Source of the DNA: Ruditapes philippinarum
Lineage: Eukaryota
Length of the DNA stretch: 64,000 nt
Assembly: GCF_026571515.1 (NCBI RefSeq)
Contig: NW_026862394.1
Coordinates: forward strand, 1 to 64,000
Direction: 5' to 3'
The translations under genes were made by a program, and so were the position numbers. How positions within the stretch are numbered: position 1 is the stretch's first letter; every line of letters starts with the position of its first letter. Of the stretch, positions 12,983 through 27,682 are shown piece by piece. The notes under the pieces are model-generated. The model was not told the DNA's origin. It ran no database searches and saw only the letters and a program-made list of their open reading frames with translations.

Positions 12983-14266
12983 ACTTGATGAATTTATACG
13001 CAAAAAGGCGTCAAAATTTATTTTGATAAACAAAGTTCATTATTAAAGCGGCACACTTCCAGATGTGTCAAAATATTTCAGGATATTCAATCCTTAGTGA
13101 AATGTATTAAAATCTTAAGAAAAATTAAAAAATATTTATTTATTTACTTTTGTTTTTACTTTTTATGTGCGATTAATGACTGATTTTGCAGTATCGTTGA
13201 CTATAACTCTACTGCGATACTAACGCAGTACGAGGTATTTATGACCTCTTTTTGGTAATTTGCGTGAATTGTAAGTGCTGTTTGCAATGTGTAAATTATA
13301 ATCACAATATAACACAATTTTATACTTTTAAATACATTTTAAAAAACAATTCATGAATATAAGCATCAATCTGGAGACAGGCTGCTTAAAAGTTATAGAA
13401 TTACTAAGCTAATGTCAGAAGCTAATTGATAAATGATGGTACACAAGACGGAACTCCAGAGTCGCTGTCGAGCATGAGAGTCATGCGACATTGTGCAAAC
13501 CCCAAAGGAGTAAAGGGAAATATGTGTTAAAGCAATCATATATCATATAAGGGTAGACATTCTTTGGAAGACATGAATAAAGGGACAGAGGACATATTTT
13601 CACAATGGTCTGGTCCCGGTCAAATTTATTAATAAATACTGAAGCAGGTAGCATTAACCGACCGTGATAACACCGTGCACTGTAATGGAAAGTTGTTCAG
13701 TTTCATAGGCTTTCTAAGTCACGTAAAATTCAAAATTAAATATCAATTTCAAAACAAAAGTGATAAAATGTGTAATATTTCATGGATTCACTATCAAGTT
13801 GACAGTAGTATATGAAAACCCTTTCCTAAAAAGAGAATTTCATTATTTAATATCACTTTCATTTCACATGTTAACAGTTTAAGTTTGTGGGTTTTCCAAA
13901 TTGAAATAAGATGTAATGTGTTACCAATTTGTTGCTCCTATACGCTTCTTTACAATTCTATAATTTGTATACAGAATGAACAATTCATTGACTACAATAC
14001 AGAAACAGCTTTTGTCCTAAAATGACATATAAATACCGATTATATTTCAGTCAGTATAAACAACGTTGGAGTAAACATAATCATAAGCTCATAGCTGTAG
14101 TACAAACATATCTAGAAAACATGATAGTAGAAATAAATTAAATATAAACAGACAGACCTTCAGAAAGTCTCGTATGACATTTTCATGTAATGAATATAGA
14201 ATTCATTAGAACTATGCCGCAATTTTATCGTATACATCATTTTTAATAAATACTTTTGATACTTAA

Positions 14267-14572
14267 CCCTTTCACTGCCCTGTTATTTTCGGCGTATTTG
14301 CCATATGGACGGTTTTTGCCGTTTCTATAATAAACATAATAATAACAATAAATTAATGATAATAATAAAAATAATAATAAATATAAAGAAAATAATACCA
14401 TCGACAATAATTATTATTATACTAGCATATTTGGAAAAAGATATAATTATTATAATACTTATAACAAATAATAATAATAATTATATTAATCAATAATATA
14501 ATAGTAATTTCTTAGAAAACCCTCTGCCAAATAGGTGATCGATAAAACAATAACCCTCTGGCAGCGAAAGGG
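14267..14572. mobile_element. piggyBac-type MITE, same family as 9433-9772, opposite orientation
   Basis: TTAA|CCCTTTCACTGCC ... GGCAGCGAAAGGG|TTAA: 13-bp TIRs with one mismatch and a perfect TTAA target duplication. Confidence 0.92.
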
Positions 14573-16519
14573 TTAAAATAAAAAAAAAAAAGTATCATTG
14601 TTTTCTTTAAATGAGGTTTGTAAGCTCAGAATGTTAAAATCATTATATTGAAATGAACCATTTTCCCACTTTTATCCTTAGTATCATTTTATATGTTAAA
14701 TTGCGCGTATTCTCATCAAGAAACGACCTCCCCTAACAAATTAATGTTCCTCTTTTTTAAAATGTCTACATAGTTGGAGCCAGACATTGCAAACTTCAAA
14801 GACGTATCTCAGCTTTTTCAGATAAGGCAAACTAATTCCCATGGAGTGTGATTTATAATGTTAAGTCTAATTTTGTAAACAATCGTTTAAACATATAAAT
14901 ATAAAAAATCATATGATTTATAAGTGTCTGGGGGATAAAAAGAAATGATAAATTACTACGTCATCGTTTGACTACTTTTGTTCAAAAAAATGTCAACCGA
15001 CAGATATAAACTGGTTTTATGTTTAGAAATCGTTACATATTCTAATAAAAATAATACAACCGGGGGTTTCGTGCTTGATTTTTTTCTGTAATAATGTCTG
15101 GTGCTTGTCTATAACTACAGTCTTCTACTTAATACCTGTTGAATTCACAATTTTGAATAATATACATTCTAACGAGCGCAATGTTTGAACAAAAGATTGA
15201 ATGCTAGTCATGCATTCTACACTTGTTATTATTTAACTGAAAACTTGTTTACTTTGAAAATGATATTGAACTACTGCGTGGTTGGCACATATATCTACGA
15301 TTGATTGTTAATATGCATGAGCCAAATGTAACGGGTACAAATTGTCCTAAAAAAATTAGCGATGCAATATAGGTTTCCAACATTCGGAATACATTGTATG
15401 TTCACTTGATGCCAATGTTTAAGGTTTCCTTTGCTACTAGTTACATCAGTTTAACCTTTACAATGTTAAGAAATGTCGAGAAAAAACATGTAAGTAATTG
15501 GACAGCCCATTGCCAGAGTTGTCAAGACTTTATTAATCCCGTAAGTTGCATATTCTTAGATACCTCTCACTGGGAAACATTTATCATTGTTTTTGGGGGG
15601 TTTTTTGCAGGCTAGTTTCCATATATAGTTTAGTGTCATGAATAATTTAAATGTACGTTCTCAGCATATTAAAATGCAACACTAGCTTAATACAAGTATA
15701 GAACTGATTATTTAATCAGAATGCATTTCAATATTGTGTTTTGGGTATTAAACATAGTTAAATATGAACACATTATGTGCAATGCGCACAAAAATTATAC
15801 CTCTTTTTTCCTTACATAAAACATGAAAAACAATATCTACAAGGAGAGGCGGCGTTCAAGGGACGCAAACAATAGCTACACCTGACTTTACGAACACATC
15901 TCAATACGTGCCATTAGATTGAGCGGCAAAACTACCCGCCTTTCAATTCTGTACAGTGATCACTAAATTGTCATGTTTATCGGTACAACTATAATTCTTA
16001 TACGGTAACAGTAATAAATACTTTTGTTCAAAACAATGCAAAAATCTCAAGTTAATGTCTCTTTTTATTCCAAACATTAAAAACATCAAACCCGTGAGGA
16101 TGTGAATTATATGGATGGGAAACGATACAATACAAATATTTACGGCGTACAATCTGAATCTGTTCGTTTGTGGTATTTATTTTCTCCACTTTGATTTATG
16201 TTAACTTACCTACACCACCCACATTGATATTTTCGCAGATTAAATAATAAAGGGAAATGTTCATGATAACAAGGTATTACATTGATAACGTTAGTCATTT
16301 GTGTCACTTGCTATCATATACATATTTCATTTTACATGTTCTATAAGCAGGATTATAAATTAACAAAACAACAACAACAACAAAATGCACTAAAATAATT
16401 TACAACTAAAATAGCTAAGAACAACAAAAAGTATGGTTCTTGAGAAATGTCCAGTGATATAATTTATTTTTCTGATCATGTCGTATCATTGATTCCAACG
16501 AGCAGCGCATGAAAAATTA

Positions 16520-17005
16520 AACACGTTTACATCTTTAATAAACAGTCCCAATCAGACCGAGTCTGCAGTTTTCGTTTTATATAATAATTGTTGTTTTCCT
16601 TGCTTACAAGTGAAACCTTTTTCCAGATGTGAAGTCATGTGCACGTGTAGCAGCTTTAAAAGGTAGCCAGTACTTTACGTCAGTGTTGTTATATTCCTCT
16701 GGTCCTTCGGGATTTTTATTCATTTAAACACTTTAGCCGGTTAGAGGAGGCACACGTTTACATAATATCTCCTGAACAGACTCAATTAAAGAAATTCTGC
16801 AATTTTTATATTGTTATTTTTCATTGCTTTTAAGGGATAAACCCTTTTTCAAAAATGTTATTTTCCACAGCATCAGGTGTCAAGTACCGTGCGTGTGACA
16901 GTTGTAAAAAGTAGAGCAATTTTTCACTTCATTGTATTTTTATGTATCTCGGGATCTTATAATATTTGTTCTTGTTCTTCGGGTTCATTAATTCAAGCAC
17001 GTTTG
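16520..17005 (+). repeat. Tandem dimer of a ~230-260 bp repeat carrying the CAGACTC-n9-GAGTCTG palindrome
   Basis: Units start cacgtttacat at ~16522 and ~16753. Homologous dimer at 38886-39440; fragments at 8345-8450 and 33448-33535. Confidence 0.75.
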
Positions 17006-17009
17006 AAAT

Positions 17010-17198
17010 GGCGTCATTGGCCGATTGGTAAATGCCGTTGACTTCAAACCACTTGGCCCTTTACGCTTTGGGTCCGAATCCTGTCAGGGACATTAGATTC
17101 TAAACTGTAAGGAAGCTATCCAGCTAGCGTATGGTATTGGGTATACTCAGGTGTCCAATATGACCTTTACACTGATGGTGCGACCTAAACTACAACCT
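17010..17198 (+). mobile_element. tRNA-derived SINE (internally deleted)
   Basis: A-box tggccgattggtaa, B-box-like gggtccgaatcc, ggaagctatccagctagc, 3' ggtgcgacctaaac. Confidence 0.85.
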
Positions 17199-17719
17199 GA
17201 AATGAAGTGTTGAATATTGATACTGCCAAAGTCTGTTGGTGTTAAGGCGGATATTATTTTTGTGTTATTGATGTCATTGCTTTACAAAGCATTTTCATAT
17301 TCAGGATATCTCTAATACGACTAATTATAACAAGACATTTCTATTTGGTGTATTCACAGTACATATACAATTAGTATTAATGTTATTGATAAATAAAATG
17401 TCCATATTAAAATGAAACCCCATATTGTTACCTTTTTTGTATCGTTAGCACACGATTTTCAAAGAGTTATGAATTATTTCAACACATGAAAGCGATGATT
17501 GTTTTGTTAGGTTTCGATAATAATAGACTTTTTTGCACTTACAGAACGTCTAAAAAGAACATCGTGAAGTCATCTCTAGTCAAATTGTCCGGTCAGTTAA
17601 AGCTCGTTTTAAGGAAAACAAAGATAAAAGTACGTTAATAGTCCCTATATTCCCCTCTCAATCTCTGGACGAGAAGTGTAATGAAGCAATATCAAAGTCG
17701 GACACGAGTGATATAAAAC

Positions 17720-20700
17720 TTCTTAAATACTTGAGAAAATCTGTTGAAAGATATTATATATATCTATAACTTTCTCATAATTTGCACGAAGATCGTTTGT
17801 TATGCCAAATGTGTGAAATATGATACTTGATAAATGACACTTTTATTACCATGGCATAGAAATAAACATGAAAGAAAAAGACGAAAAAGCAATATCCAAT
17901 TCTATATCTCTTTTATCATTGCCATCAATGTATATCTAGTGAAAACTATGCCTAAATAACTATAACGTAGCAAAGACATACAAATTATATCTAGTCAAAA
18001 ATTGTTACAATATTCGCCTGATCAAACTATTGCAATTTTTTGTTGGGAACCTTGATAAAGTTCTTTTTTATAAAGCATTGTTGATGTTGTTTTTTTTTTG
18101 TAAATTATCAATTTGATAAATTTCATGTTTTTTCACATCCACTAACAGGAGAGAAATAACTATTCTTACACTTAAGATAAATATCAGGCAATGAACTATT
18201 TACTTTCGTATAAAATGTAAACATTTTAATCTTAATGTCTTTATTATTATTTATAAAATATTTGTCATAGCATAAGAGTATTTTTAAAGAATGACATTAC
18301 ATTACAAAAGTATATTTTGAACGTCTATTTGTAATTCAATAGACACAACAGTGACAGTAGACTTCATTATAAGCATTTGATAAATGGCAGTGAGACTGAG
18401 TTGAGAAACTTGTCCTAAAGAGTAATTAATTAAAGAGCGAACTATGGCTACTGTCAAAACTTGATTAATTGTATTCGTCATGCTAGTCAAATTGGCTTCT
18501 AGCTTGTTAAAGCAGTGTTGGTAAAAGTTCCTGTACGTCTTTTACGAGTTTATTTGGGTTATAGTACTAAATAAATTCACGTACACATATGTTTGTCCTC
18601 ATGTTTTGCGATACCGTGATTATGAATTGATTTTCTGTTCCGCTTATTGCACTTGCATTTCATGTTATGAAGTTATACATATGTTTGATAACTGAAATAT
18701 ATTTATATTGAAACATATAAATATTGATTTATATGAAACAACAAAATGCCACACAAAATAAAACTGTTATTAGCTGAATTGGTATTTTTGTTAGAGAAAA
18801 TGTTTTTTAATAATTTGAGATTTGAAATAAATGGAATAAATAGATCTATGTTTGCAATGATAATTTGTTTTATTATTCAATGGAGTGTTTGAAAATGTCG
18901 TATTTTTGTCCTAGTTATAATAATAACCTCTTTGATTTACACATAAGTGGGCCGCTACACATCTTTATTGCATATGCGATTTTAAGAATTCTTTAACGCA
19001 CCAAATGTGGCGTTTACGCTTATATAATTTCCTTTCTTATGATAAATAATGTTGGTTTATCATTTTTTCATAGATGATATAAAGGCTTTTAAATGAAATG
19101 AAATATACTGGTTAACAAGTAGATATTACTAAATTAAAATATATTTGCATTTTTTACAGTCGATATCTGTTTTACGAGCGAATACATAACTAGCGTATAA
19201 TCCATTTTTCAGTTAATGCAAGTTGTAAACAAGATCAATAAGGAAAGGTAGCGTTCAATGAACGCAACCCCACACGAGCCAGCAACAAGAACAGACATCG
19301 ACAATCATATAAAATACTACAATGCCGTTGTAATAATTTTAACTCAATATCTGAGAAAATACAAAGGTAAACTAAACACACACAATGATATTTCTGTTAA
19401 TGGTTTAACGTTTCAAAGCATCTTTGATTTATGCAATTGACCATCCCATGATAACAGATCTATTTAATTTGATAAAGAGAACCAATTTATGTGTCTGCTA
19501 TCTTAATATAACCAAAATGAGTGATGCGAAAGATAACTGGCTACAGAGTATTTGCTATAAAAGTGAAAAGTTTGGGTAATATGTCTGTTGCGTTCGACCT
19601 CTCTTATAGCATTATGCAATTATTTTCTCACTCAGCAGCATTGTAATATCAGAATGCAACGAAGCTATTATTGTTCAGTGGAATGCGCGTACTGTATGCA
19701 ATCCATCTTAATCCGGTTTTAAACAAAATGAATATGTCACGGTTTAATAAATATATTTCGACAATGAAAAATATAAATTATGATTATTCTGTTTAAGATG
19801 AAACCTACTGTTTCAGGGTAACTTAACCAGATTTTTTCACACCTGCTTCAGTTAATGTAAACCTAGTAAAAATGAATAACTCATTTTTTTAACACCTGTA
19901 GACATTCCCTGGTCTCCTCGTTTATGGATTATAGATTACTAGGAATCCATATGCTTCTTTTATGGAATGGGGCATATTTATGGTTAAATGGTAACCAGCG
20001 TTTAAACAATTCTGCGATTAAAATTCGAAATTACCTTTCTTGTTAAAAAGTTGAGTTAGTGGTTGAGGGTGTACATAATATTGTCGTTCAGTAACAAACT
20101 CTCTGTAAGTCAAATCAGCTATGCAATATTTCAATGTAGGACAACCTTTTGAGATTTCATTATCTGTATGACATGATGATAGAATAAGGACAATACAGGT
20201 ATCAAATTATGATAAATCGCAATAATAATTTTCTCGAATAGCTTATTTTTTGCCGACGGTTACTAAATATAAGGACTAAAAATGCAACAAATTTATTTTA
20301 CGTGACGAATTTTGTTTGTTTATCAATATCCGAACATGAGTTTTAGTTCAGTTCAGTCAATATATTTTTTATTTGACATTGCTTTGCACTTGAGCACCAC
20401 CTTATAAACTTGAACATTTTATTAAGGCCTCCACCTCTAAGTGAAGTATTTCAGTCCGAAAGGCGGTGTCCAAAACTCGCCATTTATCTCGATCAAATGA
20501 CACCCGTTTGGGAACGCACTCAAGTTTGGGATTTTTTTTATGCAATTTACGGAAAAGGCTAATTGTACTACGAAATGTGATACGGTCTATCTGGCTTTGC
20601 CCGTATAAAGAATATGAAAAACATATATTCATTTTATAGAAAATATTCAAATACAAATAATAAATGATGTTGATAAGCATTTTATCAGCAAACATATAAT

Positions 20701-21954
20701 GCCTCGAGCGATTTATTAAATCAATGTTGATTTAAACTATCTATCTAAAAAGGGTGTATTATAAGTCCAATTGATCTCAATTTTTTATCTACATTTCTGG
20801 AAGATCAAAGCTAGTCTTTAATCTTGAATTGTGAGATAAATGTAGTTCTCTTTTATTAAGCGAAACTCGTTGATAAATACTATAAATTACAGTTAGTTAT
20901 GTTTTCTCAATAGAAGGCTGTGGTAGAATTTTAAGTCATTACGCCCACTACACTATCGTTTCTCTAAACAATTAAAGTTAATGACTCCTTATAAAGCTGG
21001 AAGTTGAACGGAATAAACTTATTTTGTCATGAAGGAGAATTTTAAGATTTTGAAGGAAAAACAATCACCAATTGAGAACAATTTTGCTGTTTTTGTAATG
21101 TTTTTTGTAAATCATCTGGCTTGATCCCATCCGAATAATACGTAATATTCGTATACAAACATGTATATTTTGTGTAATGAATAAGACAAAGGAACATACT
21201 TCAAATTGTTTAAAATGCCTATGTTCTTAAAGCAGTTTGCAACATTACTATCTTAATCTAAAACAAAATATGCTACCTAGTCATTAAGTCGTTCGATAAA
21301 TATTATGTAATTAATATCTTATTTGTTTCTTTTATGAAACCAACTATTTCAGTAACATTATTATTAAAAATAATTTGATATTAGGTATAAATTAAACATC
21401 AACTTTAGACATATTTTAATGTATTAATGACAATTTTTAATTACATCAGTAAGTTTTCCATTTTAATATAAACTGAATATACTGAATATCAAAGACAATT
21501 TAAATGCCAAGGAACAAGATTCTGAAATTTCCACAATTGTTTTCATTTTTAACAAGTAATCAGTACACCATTGGAATATTGAGTTTTACAACAATATTAA
21601 AGTATGGATTAGGTAAAGATAAGACATTAATGCACAAATAATATAATTATATATTATATGGGGAAAACCTAGATGGTACATTACCCATAAAATGATTATA
21701 AAGTTGAACAACTGTATTACCAATTAATTGTATTTGACACAATACTAACTTAAGTCAACAATTGTGGAAAAACCAGATATGGAAAAGGCAATCGGTCTTA
21801 TAACGAAGCGACTGCCCTTTGCATAGTAATGGAAGCAAGGGTATCACATTACGCGGATGCATTAAATAAATGTTCTTTTATTTGAAAACTAAATGTTTTA
21901 TATTATCTAGGCAAGAATAAAAGTGATAAAAGGCTTACTTCTGTTGAAGCTCAT
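17720..21954 (-). pseudogene. Decayed IgSF gene 'S' copy B
   Basis: ATGAGCTTCAACAGAA|gtaagc exon (21939-21954); acceptor tttcag with hydrophobic SCSLAFKLSLIFSIF; ORF 20402-20695 ...RVSFDRDKWRV...ILHLEVE; TGLRWIAYSTRIP (~19680-19715); ORF 18302-18490 TINQVLTVAIVRS...QVSQ (C2-set-like). Confidence 0.55.
19229..19291 (+). mobile_element. Short insertion equal to the left end of the 37819-38421 TIR element
   Basis: aacaagatcaataaggaaaggtagcgttcaatgaacgc is present in B and absent at the homologous C site ~42025. Confidence 0.65.
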
Positions 21955-22745
21955 TAGGGTCTTTTATACTTATTATCAATTTACATAAACCATCTTTTAC
22001 AATAACGTGATATAGCTTGAATTTTGTCACGACGTACAATCTGCCTATATTGAAATATTAAGGACACAAAAATTGTTTCAAGTTTGTGTGCTACATCTAT
22101 TATTTCAATAACGATTACTTTTATTACTACGATTAAATAACGTTTTTCATTTCATTAAAAAAAAGATGCTGGACCTTAAAAGAATGTCCTTTCAACTCAT
22201 TTAACTGTCTCATGAAAGTTAAAATTGTACCGCTTATTCCCATAAAAAGGACATGATAAACCTTAGACTCAATTGTTCAGGCAATGTTAAATACACAGCA
22301 TGTTTACAAAGCAATGCGTGCATTTTGAGGAAAGTGCAGATAATGTAAGTATCGTATTATTTTTCAAACTATAGCAATTGAATTAAGATATTTTTAACGT
22401 GAACGTTACTGATCACTCGTGGGTATCAAAAGAAATGAAACCTTCGTTTTAAATACGCTAGAAACATAAATGTATTAAAATGTTGGCAATGGTAAAATAC
22501 TTCATTATACAACTATCATCGATTGTTTACAAGTTTGAAAACATTCCAAATAGCATCACCCATTTTACAGTTAGTGCGGTGTCGTAAAGGCATTATAATT
22601 GATACAATGGCATTTGTTACCGCATACTATATTTCTCATTTGTTAACTAGGGACGTTAACTAAAAAACAATATTTTTATGAAGAAGATATAACTTTGAAT
22701 TATGCGTCTTACGTCAGACCTATTAAGTTATTAATATGTAAAATG

Positions 22746-22975
22746 TTTTACCCCGCCTGAGCAAAAGGTTTTATTGTCAAATTGTATGCACCCCCCCCCC
22801 TTTTTGTCGTGTTTCGTCTTGTGCCATCAACATTTGTTTTGACAACACATCCACTGAAAACAATGATTGCAAATAAACCAAGGTTCACAAATATGATCCT
22901 CCAATGACCCCATTTCAAAGAGCTTGATACACCAGACAAACTTCACTTGATAGACTAAGATCTTCACAAATTATT
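22746..22975 (+). mobile_element. Degraded Helentron/HINE-like element; homolog at ~45365-45600
   Basis: T-rich start followed by cc.gcctgagc, then tgtcgt/cgtc microsatellite-like core and aaacttcac; similar layout to 32256-32575. Confidence 0.45.
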
Positions 22976-24499
22976 TTTATCTTAAGAACAATGTACTGTG
23001 AAAAGTTTACGCTGAAAATATAGCAAAAAAAACAATGAATTTTTAAGACATATTTTATTTCAGACTGGTATATTCGTCCCTCTAACATTAAATTCTATAC
23101 GCAACTACAAGTCCCTGTACGTCTGTAAAATATTTCATTTTACTTTTTATTAATGATTCTCACATGTGTTAATTTCCAAATAGCTTGCAAATAAGCTGAA
23201 CAATTTATCATTTTAAGCAAAATTTATATTGCCAGGACTAAAGGTCTGTAATTTAATTATAAGATAACTTTGAAATGTTTCTATACAAATATGTTTAAAA
23301 TTATCTTAAACAGTATGCAACTTATTTTGTAACAGCATTATAATGTAAGGACAAGTACAAATATTAAAATAATTTTGACAATAATACAATAATAATAATT
23401 CGACAAGTAAAATTCTTTTCTTTTTTTTTTTGACAAATGCAAAACACATTTCAGAATCACAATATGTACTGTGTTTTATTATAATATCGAAATTACATAT
23501 GTCATACTTAGTATATGTGTATATATTGTTTGTTTTTTGTTGTTTTGTTTTTCATACATATATCGAAATACATTTTTATATAAAAAAAAATCAAATATCA
23601 TTGATCATTTTTTCATCTAAAATATACTTTCTGTGAAACTGCAAAAATGCAATAATGTAACTTGAGGTCAAGAAACTTTTGCGAAAAAAGCTAATTCTAA
23701 GAAATGATGGTCTATTAAGAGTTAGTCACATTTCTTTTGCAAGTAATTTGCCTTTTGTCATGTTGAAATAATTGTAATTTATGACAAATTAATCCCGCGG
23801 GGAAAAGACGAAATATTACACCGGAATCAAATTTAAATTTTAAATTCCAATTAAGTTAAATGTACTCTTAAAAGTGTTCACTTTGAATGTAGGTTTATTA
23901 TTATGAAAGTGTTTTTCATCTCTCTTTCAGTTCAGTTAATACAAACAGTATAGTCAAATCTTCTGGTAGTCGTTCGTCAGAATGTAGAATAATATAATAA
24001 TATTATGATACAGTAAAAAATCGTCGTATACATGTGTTCCATACTAAATACATGACATGCCACACATCATTTTAACTTACATATTAATATCTTTTGAATA
24101 TCTTTTCTTGAGTGTAATGCATTTGGCAAAGTCAGTTTTAGAATGTTTAAAGAAAGATATTAAACTGATTTAAATTAATGCGTAGCTTTCGATATTAGTC
24201 AGTTTAGCTACAAATAAGGTTATGTAACATATCCAATAAAATTGTTACAAACCCGGCAATGATTAAAGACACATGTAAGAACAACAACATTAAACGTGGT
24301 TCTGAAGGAAATATTGTCGAAAAGTAACAATCATCAGTTTCAGGAAAATGATTAGGAATGAAACATTAGAAAATAAAAAGAAAAAAAGGAAACAAATAGT
24401 ATATAGAAATATTTCTAAAATGTACTTGCTATCACACTGTTTTCTTAAGTTAATTTACTGTTTTAGTAAGGGCAATTACTGTAACACGTGTCACGAAAC

Positions 24500-26457
24500 A
24501 CATAAATTCCTCATGTACACAAGATGTCAAATTGTAATAAAGTTTGTATTATAATTTATTGCCGTCCCTTGTATTGGGATCTTTAAGCATATTTTTCTGT
24601 TGTTTAAAATTTAACCTTGTAAAAATAACAATTTATCTAATAAGATTACAGTATCTTCTGACAAATAATATGTCAATTTGTTTTAATTTCATTATCATTG
24701 TAAAGGACGGAAAACAATATTATGCAAAGTTCATTGCCCTGGAAAAAGGTTGATGATCGCCAACAATCGTCATTACAAATTTTAATCACTTGTTTGTAAT
24801 TTAATGTTTGCCGGTATGCATTTGCACCCAAAATAATCAACTTAAAATTGATGACATTCACAAAACCTGGTATTAAAACGATGATGCGAGATAATAAAAT
24901 ATTTTTAAATGAAACTCAAGTTACTCTGTAAAAAAGACGAACACGTTTTAATGCAGGTTTTTGTTTTACTATAATGGACTTCAAAAGGTATGATTTAACA
25001 TCATTAACATATTAAGCCTAATTATTTAACAAAAGTTTTGCTTATATGTGAGTTTCATGTACAAATATCTAAATATCTGTTGTTTTTTTTTCGGGGGGGG
25101 GGGGGGGGTAAAAACACGAATTACAATCATAAAGGTAAGGCCATACTTTGATGCGGCTTCTTCAAAATCACATTGGCATGCATGGAAACCAATACGGAAG
25201 TATACATTAAATTATTTATACGCAATATATATCCCGACAAAATTCAAAACAGCGCAAGAACAGGTTAGCAAAAGTCGTAAATGTCTAGCATTGATTTATT
25301 TTTTTACACAACATAATCACAGGTTTATAGAATCGTAATAAAACTCAACAGCAAATGAAAACCTTACAGGTTTACAAAATCAAGAAAAAATCAACGTCTT
25401 ACAAAATCTTTATTTCTCTATCTCACTGTATCTTCATTACAAATGTATACTATTAGTTAATAAAAGTTTAAATATTAAAATATGCTATTTTTCTTATGAA
25501 TATCCTTATAAATTTACTAATATTATCAAAGAGCAATAGCAAAGAATAAAAATCAGAAAATGTTTCATTTCATTTAGTATAATGTGAACGAAATGACTCA
25601 AGATAATTGATATGCTGTATTTTAAACAACAGCTTGCAGACTTTTATTCCTCCCTTCAAGTGGACGTATCACTATTTCATGAATCAGACGTTAACAATAA
25701 CAACCAAACTATGACGTAGCATCTTCAACAGTTCTGACACTGATCTAACAACAAATAAAAGTACTTCCGTTTGAGTATTTATGTCAGTTGAAATGAGAGA
25801 AAAAGGCGTTACTTTGGACATTAATACAGATATTTCTAGGTTAAACGTAATTAGTTCGTCCATATTTGGAATTCAATGGTAAATATGTTTTGCATTATAA
25901 TTTGGATGTCAATAAAAGAAGTAAAGTGTTGCTGTTGTTTTTGACTCAACTTTAAAATAATAATTTACTGGGCAAAAGATTTATTTTCTTTTACAATTTG
26001 AACATCCTCTAAGTAGCTGGACCCAACTGCATTGTGATCTGTATCGGCCTGTTTTGTTAGGATGATTCAAAATCATTATCATTCCGTGCCACCTTTTTTG
26101 TTTCATTTTCCACAAAAGATATAACAAAATAGGAATATATTTCCATGCCTAATCTTAATGTTGAAATGCTAATTTTGATATGAATGCTTTAACCCAGTAT
26201 TAAATCAAACATAACATCATACAAATATAATTATTATCTCATTTATAATGAAATCAAGTAAATACAGTTATGCAAATGCAGTACAGTATAACCTCTGTAG
26301 ATCGGCCCTCTGTAAATCAATCACATATATAACAATACCAATGTTTACTTCTACTATAAATTTTGCTAGTCATGTTAAAAGCGATCTGGTATATTAAAAA
26401 AACAAGCATGTCTTATTGTTTTTTCTTCGGTACGCACGCTTGTCATCTGACAATGTG

Positions 26458-26500
<43 letters not shown>

Positions 26501-27682
26501 AATAATAATATTATTATTAATAATAATAATTATTATTATATCAATAACAATTAACAATGGTCAAGAACATAATAATTCCATGCAGTGTACTGTTCCTATT
26601 TATAAACTGTCCAGAAGTAATTCAAAATATATGAATATATTATAGCAATTTATCAAATTACAAAATGCAAAATTGCTCAGCATTTAAGCCAAATAATTTA
26701 TTTATTTATTTGAAATATTATACATTTTTAAATTTTCAAATAAAAAAAAACACCAATATTTACGAAACCACATACTCTTTGAATGTTACAGTATAGTCCA
26801 TTTTGTGCCAGACTTTCTCGACTTCAAAGCCTTTTGAAAGTGCTTCTTAGGGTACGACGACTTATTTTCAGTATCGCAATTTATATGTGAATTTCATTCA
26901 AATGATCATCTCTGTGTCTTGTCAAAAAAAACAAAACAAGAAAAACATATTGAGATAATAACCCATTTGTTTATACTTTAAGGTACATAATCAAAGTCAA
27001 ATTAAAATTCTAACATTTAATAACTTAAACTGAAGAAACTTTGTTAAATGGAGACCAAAACATTAGCGATGACGCACACATAGGACTGCTTGAAGCCGTC
27101 ATACCTACATCAGATATTGAAGAAGATTCTCATGAGCATATCAACATCAACTGTCCAATCAAATCGTCAAACTATTTTTAAAAAATACAAGAGGATTTGT
27201 GCTATAAGACTATGTTGGATGGAAAGTGGCCATAAGGCCTTAAGTGTGTTGGTGCATCGAAAAAACCCAACTATATAGAAACGAAAAAGGAAACAAGTAA
27301 TCGTATACTACAAACGATTAAAAATTATTGTAATATACAATTTAATCCACACAAGCTTAAACGTAATACTTAATATCCTTTTAAATGTATCTCATATAAA
27401 TCACCTTGTTATATAACATTTGATTCTTAGCGAACAATTCGATTGCTTACATCATACAGTATAAACAATAGTTTTAGCCGAGTAAAATAGTTTTGATTGT
27501 TGAAATCACTAAATGGAAAAAAAGTTCCCTTAATATTTAGAATTGCAGTGAGAAAATATATTCTCAGACAAAAATATGATTTATTAATCGTGAGTTGAAA
27601 ATTCAAATTTTAAATAAGATAATCACTTCTGAGACTGGCAGACCTAGGAGCACTAAAATAACGAGCAGCTTTTCAAGTGAAC
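24500..27682 (-). pseudogene. Decayed IgSF gene 'P' (in unit B)
   Basis: 39-nt exon 27644-27682 GSLEKLLVILVLLG (weak gtctgc donor); V-set remnant ~26800-27110; ORF 24673-24861 FKLIILG...TFFQGNELCII. Confidence 0.5.
26459..26540. repeat. (GAT)14 microsatellite followed by AAT/ATT runs
   Basis: Directly visible; source of the poly-D, poly-M and poly-I ORFs. Confidence 0.97.

Noticed and set aside
17010-17095. Possible tRNA gene
   Set aside because: Degenerate cloverleaf that continues into a SINE body shared by several copies.
20934-20986. AGTCATTA...TAATGACT hairpin as a miRNA, or a 21-nt micro-exon of a schistosome-like micro-exon gene
   Set aside because: Only an 8-bp stem, lost in copy E; exon length and frame are not consistent across the four copies.
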